NCBI RefSeq assembly: GCF_018350175.1
Contig: NC_058376.1
Span: 115,196,001-115,260,000 of the forward strand
DNA from: Felis catus
Lineage: Eukaryota
Direction of reading: 5' to 3'
Length of the DNA: 64,000 nt
Shown here: positions 42,370 to 54,588 of the stretch, piece after piece
How positions within the stretch are numbered: position 1 is the stretch's first letter
Layout of the letters: the number at the start of each line of letters is the position of its first letter
Notes under the pieces: model-generated
Seen by the model: only the letters and a program-made list of their open reading frames with translations
What the model was told of the DNA's origin: nothing
Database searches by the model: none
Position numbers and translations under genes: made by a program

Positions 42370-43699
42370 AAGAGAGAACTAAAAGACAAAGTAATTATAT
42401 TTTAGAATAATCTTCTATCAAAGTATCTTTCTCAAATATCTAAAAGAGTAGACTAGTGTTTGTAGGTCATTTGCTTGTAGTGCTGGGCAGCGCAATAAAC
42501 CATCCTGTTCAAAAGTCATTGTCTTTATTGCTTTTATTTTATAATTCAGACTTCAGAAAGCAAGTGTTTCCGTTCCTGTGTGTTTTTCCCCCTCAGTAAT
42601 GAATGAGGCATTCTACAGGGAGCAACTGTTAGTATCCATTTGTGAATTCATTGAATCATAGAAGTTGGCAGTAAAATTTTTATGGTTTCTACTTGTTTCT
42701 TTTTCAAATTCACTTCTTATTTCTTAACCTTCTGTTCTTATTTTATGGGGTCTATTTGTACCCTTTTCTCTTTAAACATGTTGAACATCTGTATGTTAAG
42801 AGCCCCTATCAATTGCTTTACTATTTGTAGGTTGTAGTTCTTGTATGAATTCTATTTGTTTCATCTGTGGACACTCCTTCTTGGCATTTGCTTTCATCTT
42901 GGGTTTTATAATCTTTGACTACGAGTTAATCTGTAGTGGGAATTAACTTCTTTAGGAGGCCTGGCATCTGGATGGTGGTGGCTTGTGAAATTTCTGCTTG
43001 GGCATACAACACTCACTTGATCTGGAAAAGTCTTTAATGCTAGTTCTCAGCCTAGTTTCCAATGCTGTATTTTTTCTTCAGATACTGCAAATGAGGCCCC
43101 CACCCATTCTCAAATTTTTGTTGGTCTGCAGAAATTATCTAGTCTTTGGTCACAATAGGCAGTGATTTTCCAGTTTCTGGCTTTAACCAAGAAAGCCAGT
43201 TTCATTTGTCTTCAGTATGCGCGTCTAATGATCTTGACTTCCATCCTGGTAGACTTGTTGAAACTGTATCTTGGCTGTGTAACTGGTATTGGTTCTTTTC
43301 TGGCCCATGTGGTCTCAATTCTTATTCAGAGCTGTGATTTTCTATTTTATGTGTTTTGAGAAAGAAGGGTAGTGTTCATTATGCTTACGTTCATTGTCTT
43401 CATCTTGACTGGAATTTGTCCTACACATTATTTGGAGATAATGGTTAAATTGCTTGGACCCCCAAATCTTTAGATTATAGTCTTGCCCCTATTCATGCCC
43501 ACCCCAACCCCCATCATGCCTTTCCATGAATAATCCAAGGCCTTCTGGTGGTACTCTCCTCCATGGTGGTAATCCTGTCAGCCATGAAGAAGAGAGCATG
43601 GCAGAGAGCTTGGCACCATGGGGTAAATGACCAGAACTGCTTTTAAATCAGATGCATGAGAAAATGGCTGGCAATCCCAACCTAACTTCTCTATGTTGT

Positions 43700-43935
43700 T
43701 TTATTTTTAATTATTTTTTCATGTTTACTTATTTTGAGAGAGACAGGCAGAGAGTCAGAGAGAGGGAGAGGGAGAGGGAGGGAGGGAGGGAGGAAGGGGC
43801 AGAATGAGAGGGAGAGAGAGAATCCCAAGCAAGCTCCACGCTGTCAGCACAGAGCCCAATGAGGGGCTGGATCCCATGAACCTGAGCCGAAATCAAGAGT
43901 TGGACGCTTAACCAATTGAGCCACCCAGGTGCCCC
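43700..43935 (-). mobile_element. Can-SINE
   Basis: SINE body with (GGGA)n; TSD tctctatgtt. Confidence 0.93.
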
Positions 43936-44396
43936 TAATCTCTCTATGTTAAATACTTTTCTTGGAGCTGATTTTGCTCACCTGTGCAATTCCTAGGTGA
44001 ATGTTTCTCTTAGCACACACAATATATTTGATTACAATTACTAATGCCACACTAAATAGGTACTCAAGATTCAGTGTCCTTAATGAATGGCTACATGATA
44101 TGTGTAAGTGGTAAACGGTGGTTTCTGGCCCTCTTCCCAAGTCGACAGCATCCACTATGGCCTGCCCTCACAGGAAATGAGAACAGCACAAGCTGCCATC
44201 TTATTTCTACACACACCAATTGTAACCACCTGTGGTGATGGTGGTTAAATGTCCTGTCATCCTCAACTAGCCCTCCCCTTTGCTTTCCAAAATATCCCCC
44301 AAGAATAGGAAGAACTTAGCTTTATGAAAGGAAATTCAGTAGTTTCTTCCAAGTTAGGGTATACATTTCAAGGAAAGTAAATTGTGATCCTAAATT

Positions 44397-44482
44397 TTAC
44401 ATGCTCCTTTTTTAATGAGTTTGCAATTCTAAGGAAAAAAATACCACATAGTTTCCTATGATAATAGAATTATCATAGGAAA
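44397..44482 (+). repeat. Copy 2 of the 70-bp repeat plus a 14-bp perfect inverted repeat
   Basis: tttcctatgataat (44452-44465), loop aga, attatcataggaaa (44469-44482). Confidence 0.93.
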
Positions 44483-45446
44483 TAGATAGAGAATAGAATA
44501 GAATTGTTAGAAATTATTCAATACTTTAATATCTAGTAATGTAACACTAAATTACAATTAAATTTCTCTCTGCTTCAGAAGCTTCTACTTATCATAAGTT
44601 ATAGTTTAAGCACCCTACTTGTCATGAATATCCCAAGCCCCCAAAGAGCTCCTTTCATTCCTATGATATTTCTTCCCATTCTTTTCTATTCTAAACTCTT
44701 GGCTGTTTTTGTTGTATGCTTTTTTTTTTTTTTCCAAAAAGAAAAGAGAGGCAGGGATGAGATATATGTCATTAACTCTAATCATATGCTAGAAATCTTC
44801 CTCTGACATATTGGTGTTAGTAGAAAATATTATGTCCAATATAGAGGCCCATTGAAGGCTTTAGTGAGCCTCAAAAGAGCTGTGCTCTGCAGACTAGGAG
44901 AAAAATAAAATAAATATAACTTGGAAAAAAGCTTGTATATAAATAAACTCTTGTCCTCTTATACTCCCAAATTCCTCAAACTTAGGGACTTGGAGAATTT
45001 TCTCAAGGGAATTATAACCACATTTTAAAGAATCAGCATCTCGGCCATTCATCAAAGGGGAGGAAACATAATTTTTAATAATATGGCTCTTGGAGACGGT
45101 TCACAAGCTTTTCTTTTTCAACAGATGAAAAAGGCAGCTTCTATGTGGGCATCTCAGTCAACAGCTGTTTTATATGACTTGTGAGCAAAACCCACAATTT
45201 CATATGTTAAGCCACTGCATATTTGCTTCTCTGAGACTCTAGATCAGCAGCATAAACTGCTTATCTCATTTCAGATTCCACTTTAAGGGGTATGAGGGAA
45301 GTTACTGGGAAGGAGAGGAAGCACCAATTAATTTATATTTTTAAGAAATTATGAAATTTTTATAGAATTTCTATGTGTTATCAGCTTTATGTTAGAAATT
45401 ACTGGCCACATGACAATTCATTTCAGATTAAAGTTTTTAACATTTT

Positions 45447-45615
45447 GGAGCCCCTGGGTGGCTCAGTCAGGTACGTGTCCGACTGTAGCTCAGGTCATGA
45501 TCTCGTGGTTCATGAGTTCGAGCCCCACCTTGGACTCTATCCTGACAGCTCAGAGCCTGGAGCCTGCTTCAGATTCTGTGTCTCTTTCTCTCTGCCCCTC
45601 CCCTGCTCATGCTCG

Positions 45616-45648
<33 letters not shown>

Positions 45649-45679
45649 AAAAATAAACATTGAAAGAGTTTTAAAAAAT
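45447..45679 (+). mobile_element. Can-SINE (antisense to AGTR1)
   Basis: SINE body, B-box gagttcgagccc; TSD aaagtttttaacatt. Confidence 0.94.
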
Positions 45680-46274
45680 AAAGTTTTTAACATTATAGAA
45701 ATCGCATAATCATAAATTTTAAGTGAAGCTAGAAGGATCAAATATTCCCTGTATTATACATGTTTCCCCCAATTGCCCAACGTTCAAATTGGTCCTACGC
45801 AATGTATAAGGAGACTAGGGTTCTAATTTTGGTTTTCTTATTCACTAGCAAGGTGACCTTGAACCAGTCACTTAGCTTTTCTACACCTCTGCATTCTCAG
45901 GGAGCTGACACATGGCTAAAGAAATCTCCTGAAACACTGAAATTTTATAATCTTTTTTTTTGGAATAGGTATTTATCTTTTGAAGATAAAGGCAATGATG
46001 GCTTGACAAGTAGAAATGACCTGATAAATCATTAAATCAGCCAAAATCTATCGATTGATATAGATATTATTGATGCCACAATGATTTAATAACATTCTCT
46101 AGTTAGATACAAGAAGTCTTTTTCTTAAAAACGAAATGAATTTTACCTTTTACTGGGGATAAATAAACTCCACATAAGAGTATTATATTACAGTGATATT
46201 CCCCCCCCCCCCCATTTTTTAGATTATCTACTCAAAGAAATGTTTTCCCAGCACAGCATTTGGATAGCTGGTTG

Positions 46275-46311
46275 TGACCCTAGGTTATCGAGGTCAAGGT
46301 TATAGAGGTCA
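46275..46311 (+). promoter_or_regulatory. Putative nuclear-receptor half-site array (two DR3 elements)
   Basis: TGACCC-t-AGGTTA-tcg-AGGTCA-AGGTTA-tag-AGGTCA; motif match only. Confidence 0.35.
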
Positions 46312-47859
46312 ACTATCTAGACTAGCTAGATTAGTTTCTAGACTGTGAGTCTCTCAGGCATCCCCTGTGTTATTCATTGGCCATTCCACATGAAAAGGTA
46401 GAGACAGATTGTTTCATGGCTGCAAATCAAAATTAGAAGCAGGCCCTGCAGTTAGGGAGTCGGGATTATGTTATTTTATGAAGAAGGTGGCAGAATGTGT
46501 TATTGTTAAAATAACTCCTACAAAACAAACCTACTTTCAGGTAATTTTTTTTTTTTTTTTGGTGGGGAAAATACAACTTTTTAAAGTTTAGTAAATAGTT
46601 AATGTGATTCATTTGCCCAAATAAAAACGCACAGATGAGGACAGAGAATTATAAAAGAACCCACGGTAATATATTATTTAGAATAACATTTTCAAGTATT
46701 TTATTAGTCAATATTTTGAAGTGCTAAGTGGACTTTTGTCCTAAGAAAATGAATTCTGTAAGGTAATGTTTGATTTTATCATAGAGTTACTTTTTGTTTT
46801 TTGAAACACAGTTTCATATGCTTCATTTTGTTTTAAACATTAAAATGTTATAAAAACTGAGAGCAGAATAGTCTGGCAGAGAAAGCACTGGACTAGAGTC
46901 CGGTCAAAGAGCCTGCTCTGTCACTAACCAGTGACACAATCAGACACAGGTAATTTAATCTCTTACTTTGTTATCTCTTAAATATTACAAAATACTTAGA
47001 ATGGAAATACTAACACTTGTTCTCACCTCTATTTCATAGGTTGTTAAAGGTAAACAGTGAGGTCTTAGGAAAAGATAAAAGCACTTTGAAAATATAAATT
47101 TTATAATATCATTTATGTAATGCAAGGGTAAGTAAAATTTAATGAAAGAAAGCTCAGAACTTCAAAAATAAATAGAATTATTTTCATTCAAAAATTCAGC
47201 AGAAGTATTTTTCATTATTTTCATCTAATGCATTTATTTCAAGCATTATAATGAGGCACTTGATGAATGTGGAAAGAAAGGTAAAATGGTAGATCTTGCA
47301 TGGCTTCCACAGTTAATACTTGCGGCAACAAATGTTTAGGTACAAAGTGGAGCCCTAAGGTTAAATCTGACCAACACATATATTTTCCTTGGCCCCCAAA
47401 AACTCTATAATATATCTTCTGGAATTCGAATTTTCTGTCGTTTACTAACCGCTGCCACTCTCTATTTTCTGATTCTGTTGGTCAGTGCTGTCTAAAAGAA
47501 ACTTAATGTGAACCACATACATAATTAAAAATTTCCTAGTAGCCACACTAAAAAAGTCAAATTAAACTCCTAAATAGTAGACTCCTGAAATACAGCTTGG
47601 GAATTATTCATTAGACTGTGTATTTCTTTCAAACATTCAGGACTGGTATAGTTAAGGGGTGCCCAACAGGATGTTATCTAGTAAAATACTCCTTGCGCTC
47701 ACTCATAAATGTCTAGAATTTCTTTAACTGGGATTGGGTTGGCAATACCCACTTCCATGCCTCCAAGATCTACCTGAGGAAGGAGATACACTGACTCAGA
47801 TGAAAGCCAGACTAGCAGTAGAAGGGCATGGTGATGGTAACCAAAAAATCTGAAGCAGT

Positions 47860-48090
47860 ATGTGATTTACCTCTTCTGACCTATGGGGTCTCTTGCTTTT
47901 CTCTTAACCTGTGACTCGTTTTCTTCATCTGGAAAATTATAATAATAATAATGAAGTTAATGATAATGATGAAGTAAAAAAATATCTGTCTTGTCAGGCT
48001 CACAACGTTGTTGGGAACATGATGAGGTGATACATGTGGAGATATCATAAGATCCTGTAGATTTGAGACTTTTGTTAGTGTTCTTAACTT
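47860..48090 (+). mobile_element. MIR that hosts the exon-3 orthologue
   Basis: 'tgtgactcgttttcttcatctggaaaattataataata...gttgttgggaacatgatgaggtgatacatgt' resembles the MIR core. Confidence 0.65.
47871..47928 (-). other. AGTR1: Orthologue of human AGTR1 alternative 5' exon 3 (58 bp), derived from an antisense MIR
   Basis: ttttccag|ATGAAGAAAACGAGTCACAGG...CAGAAGAG|gtaaat; 58 nt with AG/GT ends; aligns without gaps to the recalled human exon ATGAAGAAAATGAATCACAAG...CAGAGGAG; about 10 kb upstream of the coding exon. Confidence 0.8.
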
Positions 48091-49435
48091 CATACTATGG
48101 TGTAAATGACTAACTTCCCCTGTACCAGCAAATCTGGATAAGGAGAATTGGGAAATTGCACTCAGTGCTGGAAGTGGAAGAAGAGGCTAATGTACCAGAA
48201 AGAGGTAGAGAGGCTCAGAGAGGGAGGCTGATGCACTGACAAGCTACTTGGATTGGACACCTCTGCTAGCTCTAATCGTTCTCTTCAATACCTATATGAT
48301 TTTTAAGTATAAATTTACAATGATACTACAGCACTGATTATAATGAAAAGTTTAGACCATTCTGTCTGCTGTTATATTACCACTCCATTCATTTCTATGT
48401 GGGACTACTTGTGTTTTCTAACGAAACAGCCTGTGGTGAGCGGCACAAATGCTGGGCCAATAAAAGGTAACAACACTTTGCCGATTGAAAACTACGATGA
48501 GATACTGGTGACTGCTGCTTCCTGTGAAAACTTCATTAGCAATAAATGGGTTACCAGATGTCACATGTCAGATTTGAAATTAAAATATATTCCCAGTATT
48601 TTCGGCGGGAAAAAAACGAACTCTTCCCAAGAGAGCTGCATAAGATACTGTACCACTTTTGCCTTTGATTGTTTGTTTCTCCTCTAAATGTAAAACGAAA
48701 GCATCCCTTGGTTTGTAAAGTGGAAATACAGCATTTCTGCATAGAGGGGCTATGTACTGAAGTGGCACATTACCCGTGCAGCAACAACTCTTTAAGGACA
48801 AGGAGAGTATTTTTGAATATTCTCTGCCACACCAAGACCACCATCTCCTCTTGTTTTGCCATAGCAATTTCTCCTTTTCTTGGCTTCCCTTTCATCCAGC
48901 CATTTCTGCTTTTATTACTGACAACAAAACTGTTTAAGTCAGCAGCTGTCAACGTTGACTCCACTCTTCCTGAACCTGCTGTAACAGCAATGCTTCCCCC
49001 CTTCGTGATAGTAAAACTCTCTTCTTGTTCTTCGAGCTAGCTAAGTCACTCTGTTCTGGTCCTCAAAGTTGCAAGCCTCCAATCCGAAATCAACTGTGGT
49101 TAGGGAGGGAACCCCACAATTGGAAATAGGACAGCACAATTGCACTTGAACCAGCAGAAATTTCAAATGCTAAGCCGGTGTGACAGAAGTATCTAACACC
49201 CTCTAGTTTTTATAAACAAGTATTTTTGGCTAAAGAGGGTCCATGTTCCTTTGCAATTTCAAAATCTCCAGTTATTCAGTTCCAGCTGAAGACCATGGAT
49301 GTTTGAAACTATTTATTGTTTTTTTCCCCAATTTATTTTTGTTTTGTCTTCTGTTAGATAGATGAAGCTTATAAATCAAATTAAGAGGGTAAAAGTGAAT
49401 TATCACTCTTAAGCATCTTCTTGGAGAAATATTTA

Positions 49436-49921
49436 CAGTACTCCTCCCTTATTTGTTGGGATACATTCCAAGACCCCCAGTAGATTCCTGAAACCACAGA
49501 TAGTATCAAACCCTACATATAGTGTGTTTTTTCCTCTACAAAATTACTTATGTTTCCTCTANNNNNNNNNNNNNNNNNNNNNNNNNNNNNNNNNNNNNNN
49601 NNNNNNNNNNNNNNNNNNNNNNNNNNNNNNNNNNNNNNNNNNNNNNNNNNNNNNNNNNNNNNNNNNNNNNNNNNNNNNNNNNNNNNNNNNNNNNNNNNNN
49701 NNNNNNNNTCTATTGAGTTTTCTTCTAATGATGGGAGATGGTCAAGTACCCATGTGGTAAGATGAAATGACGTGAATGACATAGGCATTGTGACCTAGCA
49801 TCAGGCCACTCTGGACCTTCTGATGGTATGTCAGGAGGAAGATCACTCGCTTCTGAACCATGGCTGACTGCAGGTAACTGAACTGCAGAAAGCGAATCCA
49901 CATGTAAAGGGGGAACTACTG
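49436..49921 (-). mobile_element. MER44-like (TcMar-Tigger) non-autonomous DNA transposon
   Basis: Imperfect TIRs cagtactcctccctta... / ...taaagggggaactactg; TA TSDs at 49434-49435 and 49922-49923; 'gatacattccaagacccccagtag...cctgaaacc'. Confidence 0.85.
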
Positions 49922-50330
49922 TACCTAGAATTTCTTTACACACAGAAATTCCCCAAAGTACTTACAAGTTTGTTTCTGGAACATTAATTACTCATCAGAT
50001 GCTGGGGATGCAAGAGCTACTGCCCTTTGACCTTCGCATAAAGGAAGACAGAGCACCCATTAAGTGATTAGCTATGTCGGTGGGGAAAATGTCAGTTTCA
50101 ACTTTTCAGTTACATAACTTCAGCACAGAGTGATACACAAGAGTTCAAATAAGCTTATTTAATGTACAGTTGTTTTATGCTCCTCTAGGATTTTACTGGT
50201 ATCTGTTTCACAAAGAGGACTTATAAAAGTGGCTTAGTATTAACATCAGTAATATTTATGAGTTGTGATTAATTGAATGTTTATTATGTGCCAAGCATTG
50301 TGATAATTGCTTTCATATCTGCAAGAATCC

Positions 50331-50527
50331 TGTTATGGACTGGATTGTGTCCTTTCAAAAGCCATAGTACCCAATGCGACTGTAATAGATATAGATGTAA
50401 TTATGGGTAAATGAGATCATGAGGTTGGGGTCCTAATCCAATGTGACAGGTGTCTTCATAAGAGGAAGAACACATCATGAATGTGCTTATACAGAGCAGA
50501 AGCTATGTGAGGTTAATGAGAAGGTGG
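50331..50527 (+). mobile_element. MaLR LTR (MLT1A-like) 5' part inserted in a MIR; rest in N-gap
   Basis: 'tgttatggactggattgtgtcc...aaatgagatcatgaggttggggtcctaatccaat.tgacaggtgtcttcataagagga'; MIR halves at ~50250-50330 and ~50680-50750. Confidence 0.8.
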
Positions 50528-50856
50528 NNNNNNNNNNNNNNNNNNNNNNNNNNNNNNNNNNNNNNNNNNNNNNNNNNNNNNNNNNNNNNNNNNNNNNNNN
50601 NNNNNNNNNNNNNNNNNNNNNNNNNNNNNNNNNNNNNNNNNNNNNNNNNNNNNNNNNNNNNNNNNNNNNNNNAACAAACTACCACAAGGCCTATGAGGAT
50701 AAGCACAATTATTCCTATTCTTCAGATGAGGAAACTGAGGCTTAGAGAACAGGTCCTTTTTTTTTATCAAAAATAGAATCTGTATTTTTGAGATTTTAAA
50801 GTTTCAAGGTTCAGTTATTTTTTTGAGGGGTAAGGTCATCATTTCATATTCTAGTT

Positions 50857-51082
50857 CAATGCTTCTCAATGGGGGATAATTTTTCCCTCCAGGGACATTT
50901 GGCAATGTCTGGAGACACTTTTGGTTCTTACAACAGGGGGGAGTTGGGAGGGGACAACGTTACTTGCATTTAGTAACTGCTTAGATGAGATACTGCTACT
51001 CATCTTACAAGGCACAACGCATGACCCCACAACAAAAAATTATCTGGTCTAAGATGTTAATTGTGCTGCTTGAGAAACCTTA
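50857..51082 (-). mobile_element. MER20 (hAT-Charlie)
   Basis: 'caatgcttctcaa...gggacatttggcaatgtctggagacac...ttgagaaacc'; 8-bp hAT-type TSD attctagt at 50848-50855 and 51082-51089. Confidence 0.88.
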
Positions 51083-51484
51083 TTCTAGTCCCTACTTTTT
51101 TTTTTTTTTAATTCTTGATAATCTGTAGTTCTTGTCTTTTATGGCATAAGTTAACTGTATACTATATTGGTAGTGCTTTTTTCGTGTATTATATTCATAT
51201 CATCCCAGGGAAACTACAGATCAAAAGATAAAATCCTGTTGAGTAACCTTCAGATATCCAAGACCATGTTGAGTACTTAGTAGGAGCTCTGAAACTGCGA
51301 GTTGACTAAATATTTGTTGTGTCAGATCATTCTAGAAATTACCCTCTCTAAGCATTTTCCAGAACTCTAGGATTCTGCACCAGAAAAGAGAATTTGAGCT
51401 TGGATTCGTTATAAGGTCTTTAACGGGTTTGATGGCTATTGTAGCGGCCCTAAAGTTGCTTCTAGAAATAGGAAGCCACCATGT

Positions 51485-51514
51485 CCGGAAGTCAAACCCT
51501 GCCCTCTGGTGGCA
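51485..51514 (-). promoter_or_regulatory. Putative CTCF site with adjacent ETS (CCGGAAGT) motif
   Basis: Minus strand TGCCACCAGAGGGCAG (51499-51514); plus strand CCGGAAGT (51485-51492). Confidence 0.5.
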
Positions 51515-52869
51515 TCACTGCCATAGACACTGCTGGGAATCTGACAGGGCCAGAGTCAATCTGCAGTGTTAGGTTCTAAACTGACTGCAATATTTAAATG
51601 GAAATTTAACTTTATATTCACATGAGGGCTTTTCTCCCCCCTGCAGAATAACATATTAAGTGTAGTCTGTCATCGAGGCTCTCATTAGAATAAAACAAGT
51701 ACACTCATTTTTGTGAGAGAGGATGAACATACCATTAGTTACAAGCCATAGTGTGCAAGTTTGGCAACCCGAGAGTTTCAGTTACTTAGTTTGTCTCTCT
51801 TACTTGCCTTCTCTACCCAACTGCTTTTCTGATCCATAAAGGCACTAAGTAATTGTTTTTGTAGCCAAAGAAGAACATTTCTGGAAAAAGGATTTCTAAA
51901 GGAGTAATATTGATAGAGTCCCATGACCAGAATTTTAAGTATTGGTTCATGTGGTATTGTCTTTACAAATTCCTTATAGGTTAGTTCTAGAAGACAAGTA
52001 CCATTGTGTTTGAAATACCAGCTAAATCTGAGGAAATTATATTGCCCCCTTTTCCCATGAAGAACTCTATTCTCTCACTAGGAAAACACCACTGTACTTC
52101 TTATCACAGAGTGCAGCCTTTTCTGTATACTGATGCCAAACGGGTAACATTTTAGTGAGGCATTTGAAGTTGTGATATGCAACTCCATGGGAGACAAACA
52201 AGGTCATTTAGAAGGTCTTTTCATTGAGAACATCAGAGCTTTAAAAAGATGTAGGCAGCCTTTCCTGGATAATTGGGGTAAAGTAAATAAAAAAACCCAA
52301 CAAAGTACAAAAATAAACAATCAGATGGAAACATTCAGAATTAAGAGTGAAATGATAGCAAATGCTAATGTCAGATCTTAATAATACATATAACCAAAAG
52401 CCATAAGTGAAAAAGCAACATAATTTAAGAAGTTGAAGAGTAGAATCAGATGATTGCAGGATTTAGCAAGGGTAAAAAAAGACTTAGTACAAACACTAAT
52501 CTAGAACTGGGGGTAGGGGATTTGGAGGCTTTTTCTTTGTCTCTCTAGAGATTGAAACCTCAGGCAAATTATTAAACCTTCATTCAACGTTGATCTGACA
52601 AATGGGAATGAGACCATAAAGCCTCTACCTTGCCCTCGGAAGAATGTTGTTAAGATGATATGTTTAACATAATTTCCTCAAAACACAGTATATCATACCC
52701 ATTCATTATGAATAGACTAGATACAGTAAAAACAAGTTTAACACATGGCTGAAGTGGAAAGCTAATGGTTATATCAAGAGGCATATATTCAACATTTAGA
52801 ATTTTAAAAGGAAGCATTAACTTTAGCAGAGTCTGTTGGCTATCAAGCACCATAGAAAATAACCCAGAA

Positions 52870-53100
52870 GCTTTGCAGTCACAAAGTCAGTTAAGATCCT
52901 GGCTTCACCTCTGACTAATCATGTAAATGGTTAAAATACTTACCCTCTTTGAGCCTTAGTCTTCTCATCTTTAAAATGGGATAAAAACTTAGTATATACT
53001 GTTACTGCGAGGATTAAATAAAACATGGTGGGGTGGGGTGGGGTGGAAGATTCCCATATAGTAAACAGTAAATGTTATCTGTTGTTACCATTATTTATAT
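52870..53100 (+). mobile_element. MIR
   Basis: 'ctctttgagccttagtcttctcatctttaaaatgggataa...gaggattaaat'. Confidence 0.75.
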
Positions 53101-54541
53101 TCTCAATATATATTCATATGTCCCCACACTAAGTAAATTACCCCATAAAATTCTACTTTACATATGTGTAATTTGTCACATAACCTATGGTTTATTACAC
53201 GTAGCCAAGAAGCAGATTGGAATGATGTGAGGAGCCCTGTCCATACAATACAATATGGTGATACAATCTGTTATTAATACCATAAAGCAATATAAAGGAC
53301 CCAGGAAGGACCCAGTTTTTAAAAGAAGTGAAAGTATGAACATCTGAAGGGCAGATGATTTTAACATTACTTTAAGTTGGAGGACGAAAAAATATCACAC
53401 TATAGACCTTTGGTTGGTGAATCAAACCTCAACTAATTAGATGGGAAAATTTTTCCTCAAAATGAAGAATTCAGAGAAAAAAATTTCTTTGCCAGCAACT
53501 CCCCTAGTATTCATATAAGTCTCTTCCTTGAATTATCTGACTTAACATGTGGTAATTGTTGTTCTTTAATANNNNNNNNNNNNNNNNNNNNNNNNNNNNN
53601 NNNNNNNNNNNNNNNNNNNNNNNNNNNNNNNNNNNNNNNNNNNNNNNNNNNNNNNNNNNNNNNNNNNNNNNNNNNNNNNNNNNNNNNNNNNNNNNNNNNN
53701 NNNNNNNNNNNNNNNNNNNNNNNNNNNNNNNNNNNNNNNGAGAATAACGTAATGTGCTAATAATTTTGGTTATATTGATATGAAGACATCTAATTCAAAG
53801 GAAGTGTTTAGAAATCAGTCTGTTTCAGTAGGCATAGTTGTACACAGGTCAGTGATCAGTTTAAAGCCATTGTCTAGATAAACTACACGATTTATGTTAT
53901 ACCAACAAATTAAAATGTTCTCTTTACATAAAAAGTCATTCTGCTGTGGTCTTTCAGCAGCTTTATCTCAATGTGGATCAGAAAGTCACAGAAATTTCTG
54001 CTATAGAAGGAAATTGATAAGTCATATTTATTCCTTTTCTTCTTCAGAAAAATACAGAAAATACAGAAAAATATATATGTATGCCCTTTGTCCCTGTAAA
54101 AATGCACAATTACTATACTCTAAATGGTGTTTTTGTTGTCAGGTTCTTCAAGCCAAGTCTATTTTCACCTATAATGTAGTTGAACTGTTATTATCTACAG
54201 TCTTGCTTTTATTGAAACAACTTAAGTCAGAGATTCATAACATTTTATTGCTGGAATAGTCTCTAGAAATTACATGCTCCAAGGTTCACATATGCAAATA
54301 CTTACAGGGGCTGGGAATAACAGAGTTGAGTGAAGCAGTCGTGTTGGTGAATGGAGGATCCTTCCTTTTTCTCAGAGGAGGTGGGGGTTGGGGAGCCTCA
54401 CTTCTCAGGTGTAGCCACTTATGCTAATTATGATATGGGGAGACGCAAGCCGATTTTTTAAAAAGATGAAGCTGGAAATTTCAAATTTTATTTGAAATCT
54501 CCTATTTTGAAATGTTTTCAGTTAATGCAAATAATGATAAT

Positions 54542-54588
54542 TAGTAGTAGTAGTAGTAGTAGTAATAATAATAATAATAATAATAATA
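54542..54588. repeat. Compound (TAG)n(TAA)n microsatellite
   Basis: Read directly from the sequence. Confidence 0.95.

Noticed and set aside
53028-53047. (GGGGT)n G-quadruplex candidate
   Set aside because: A short simple repeat inside a MIR; such motifs are common and nothing suggests function.
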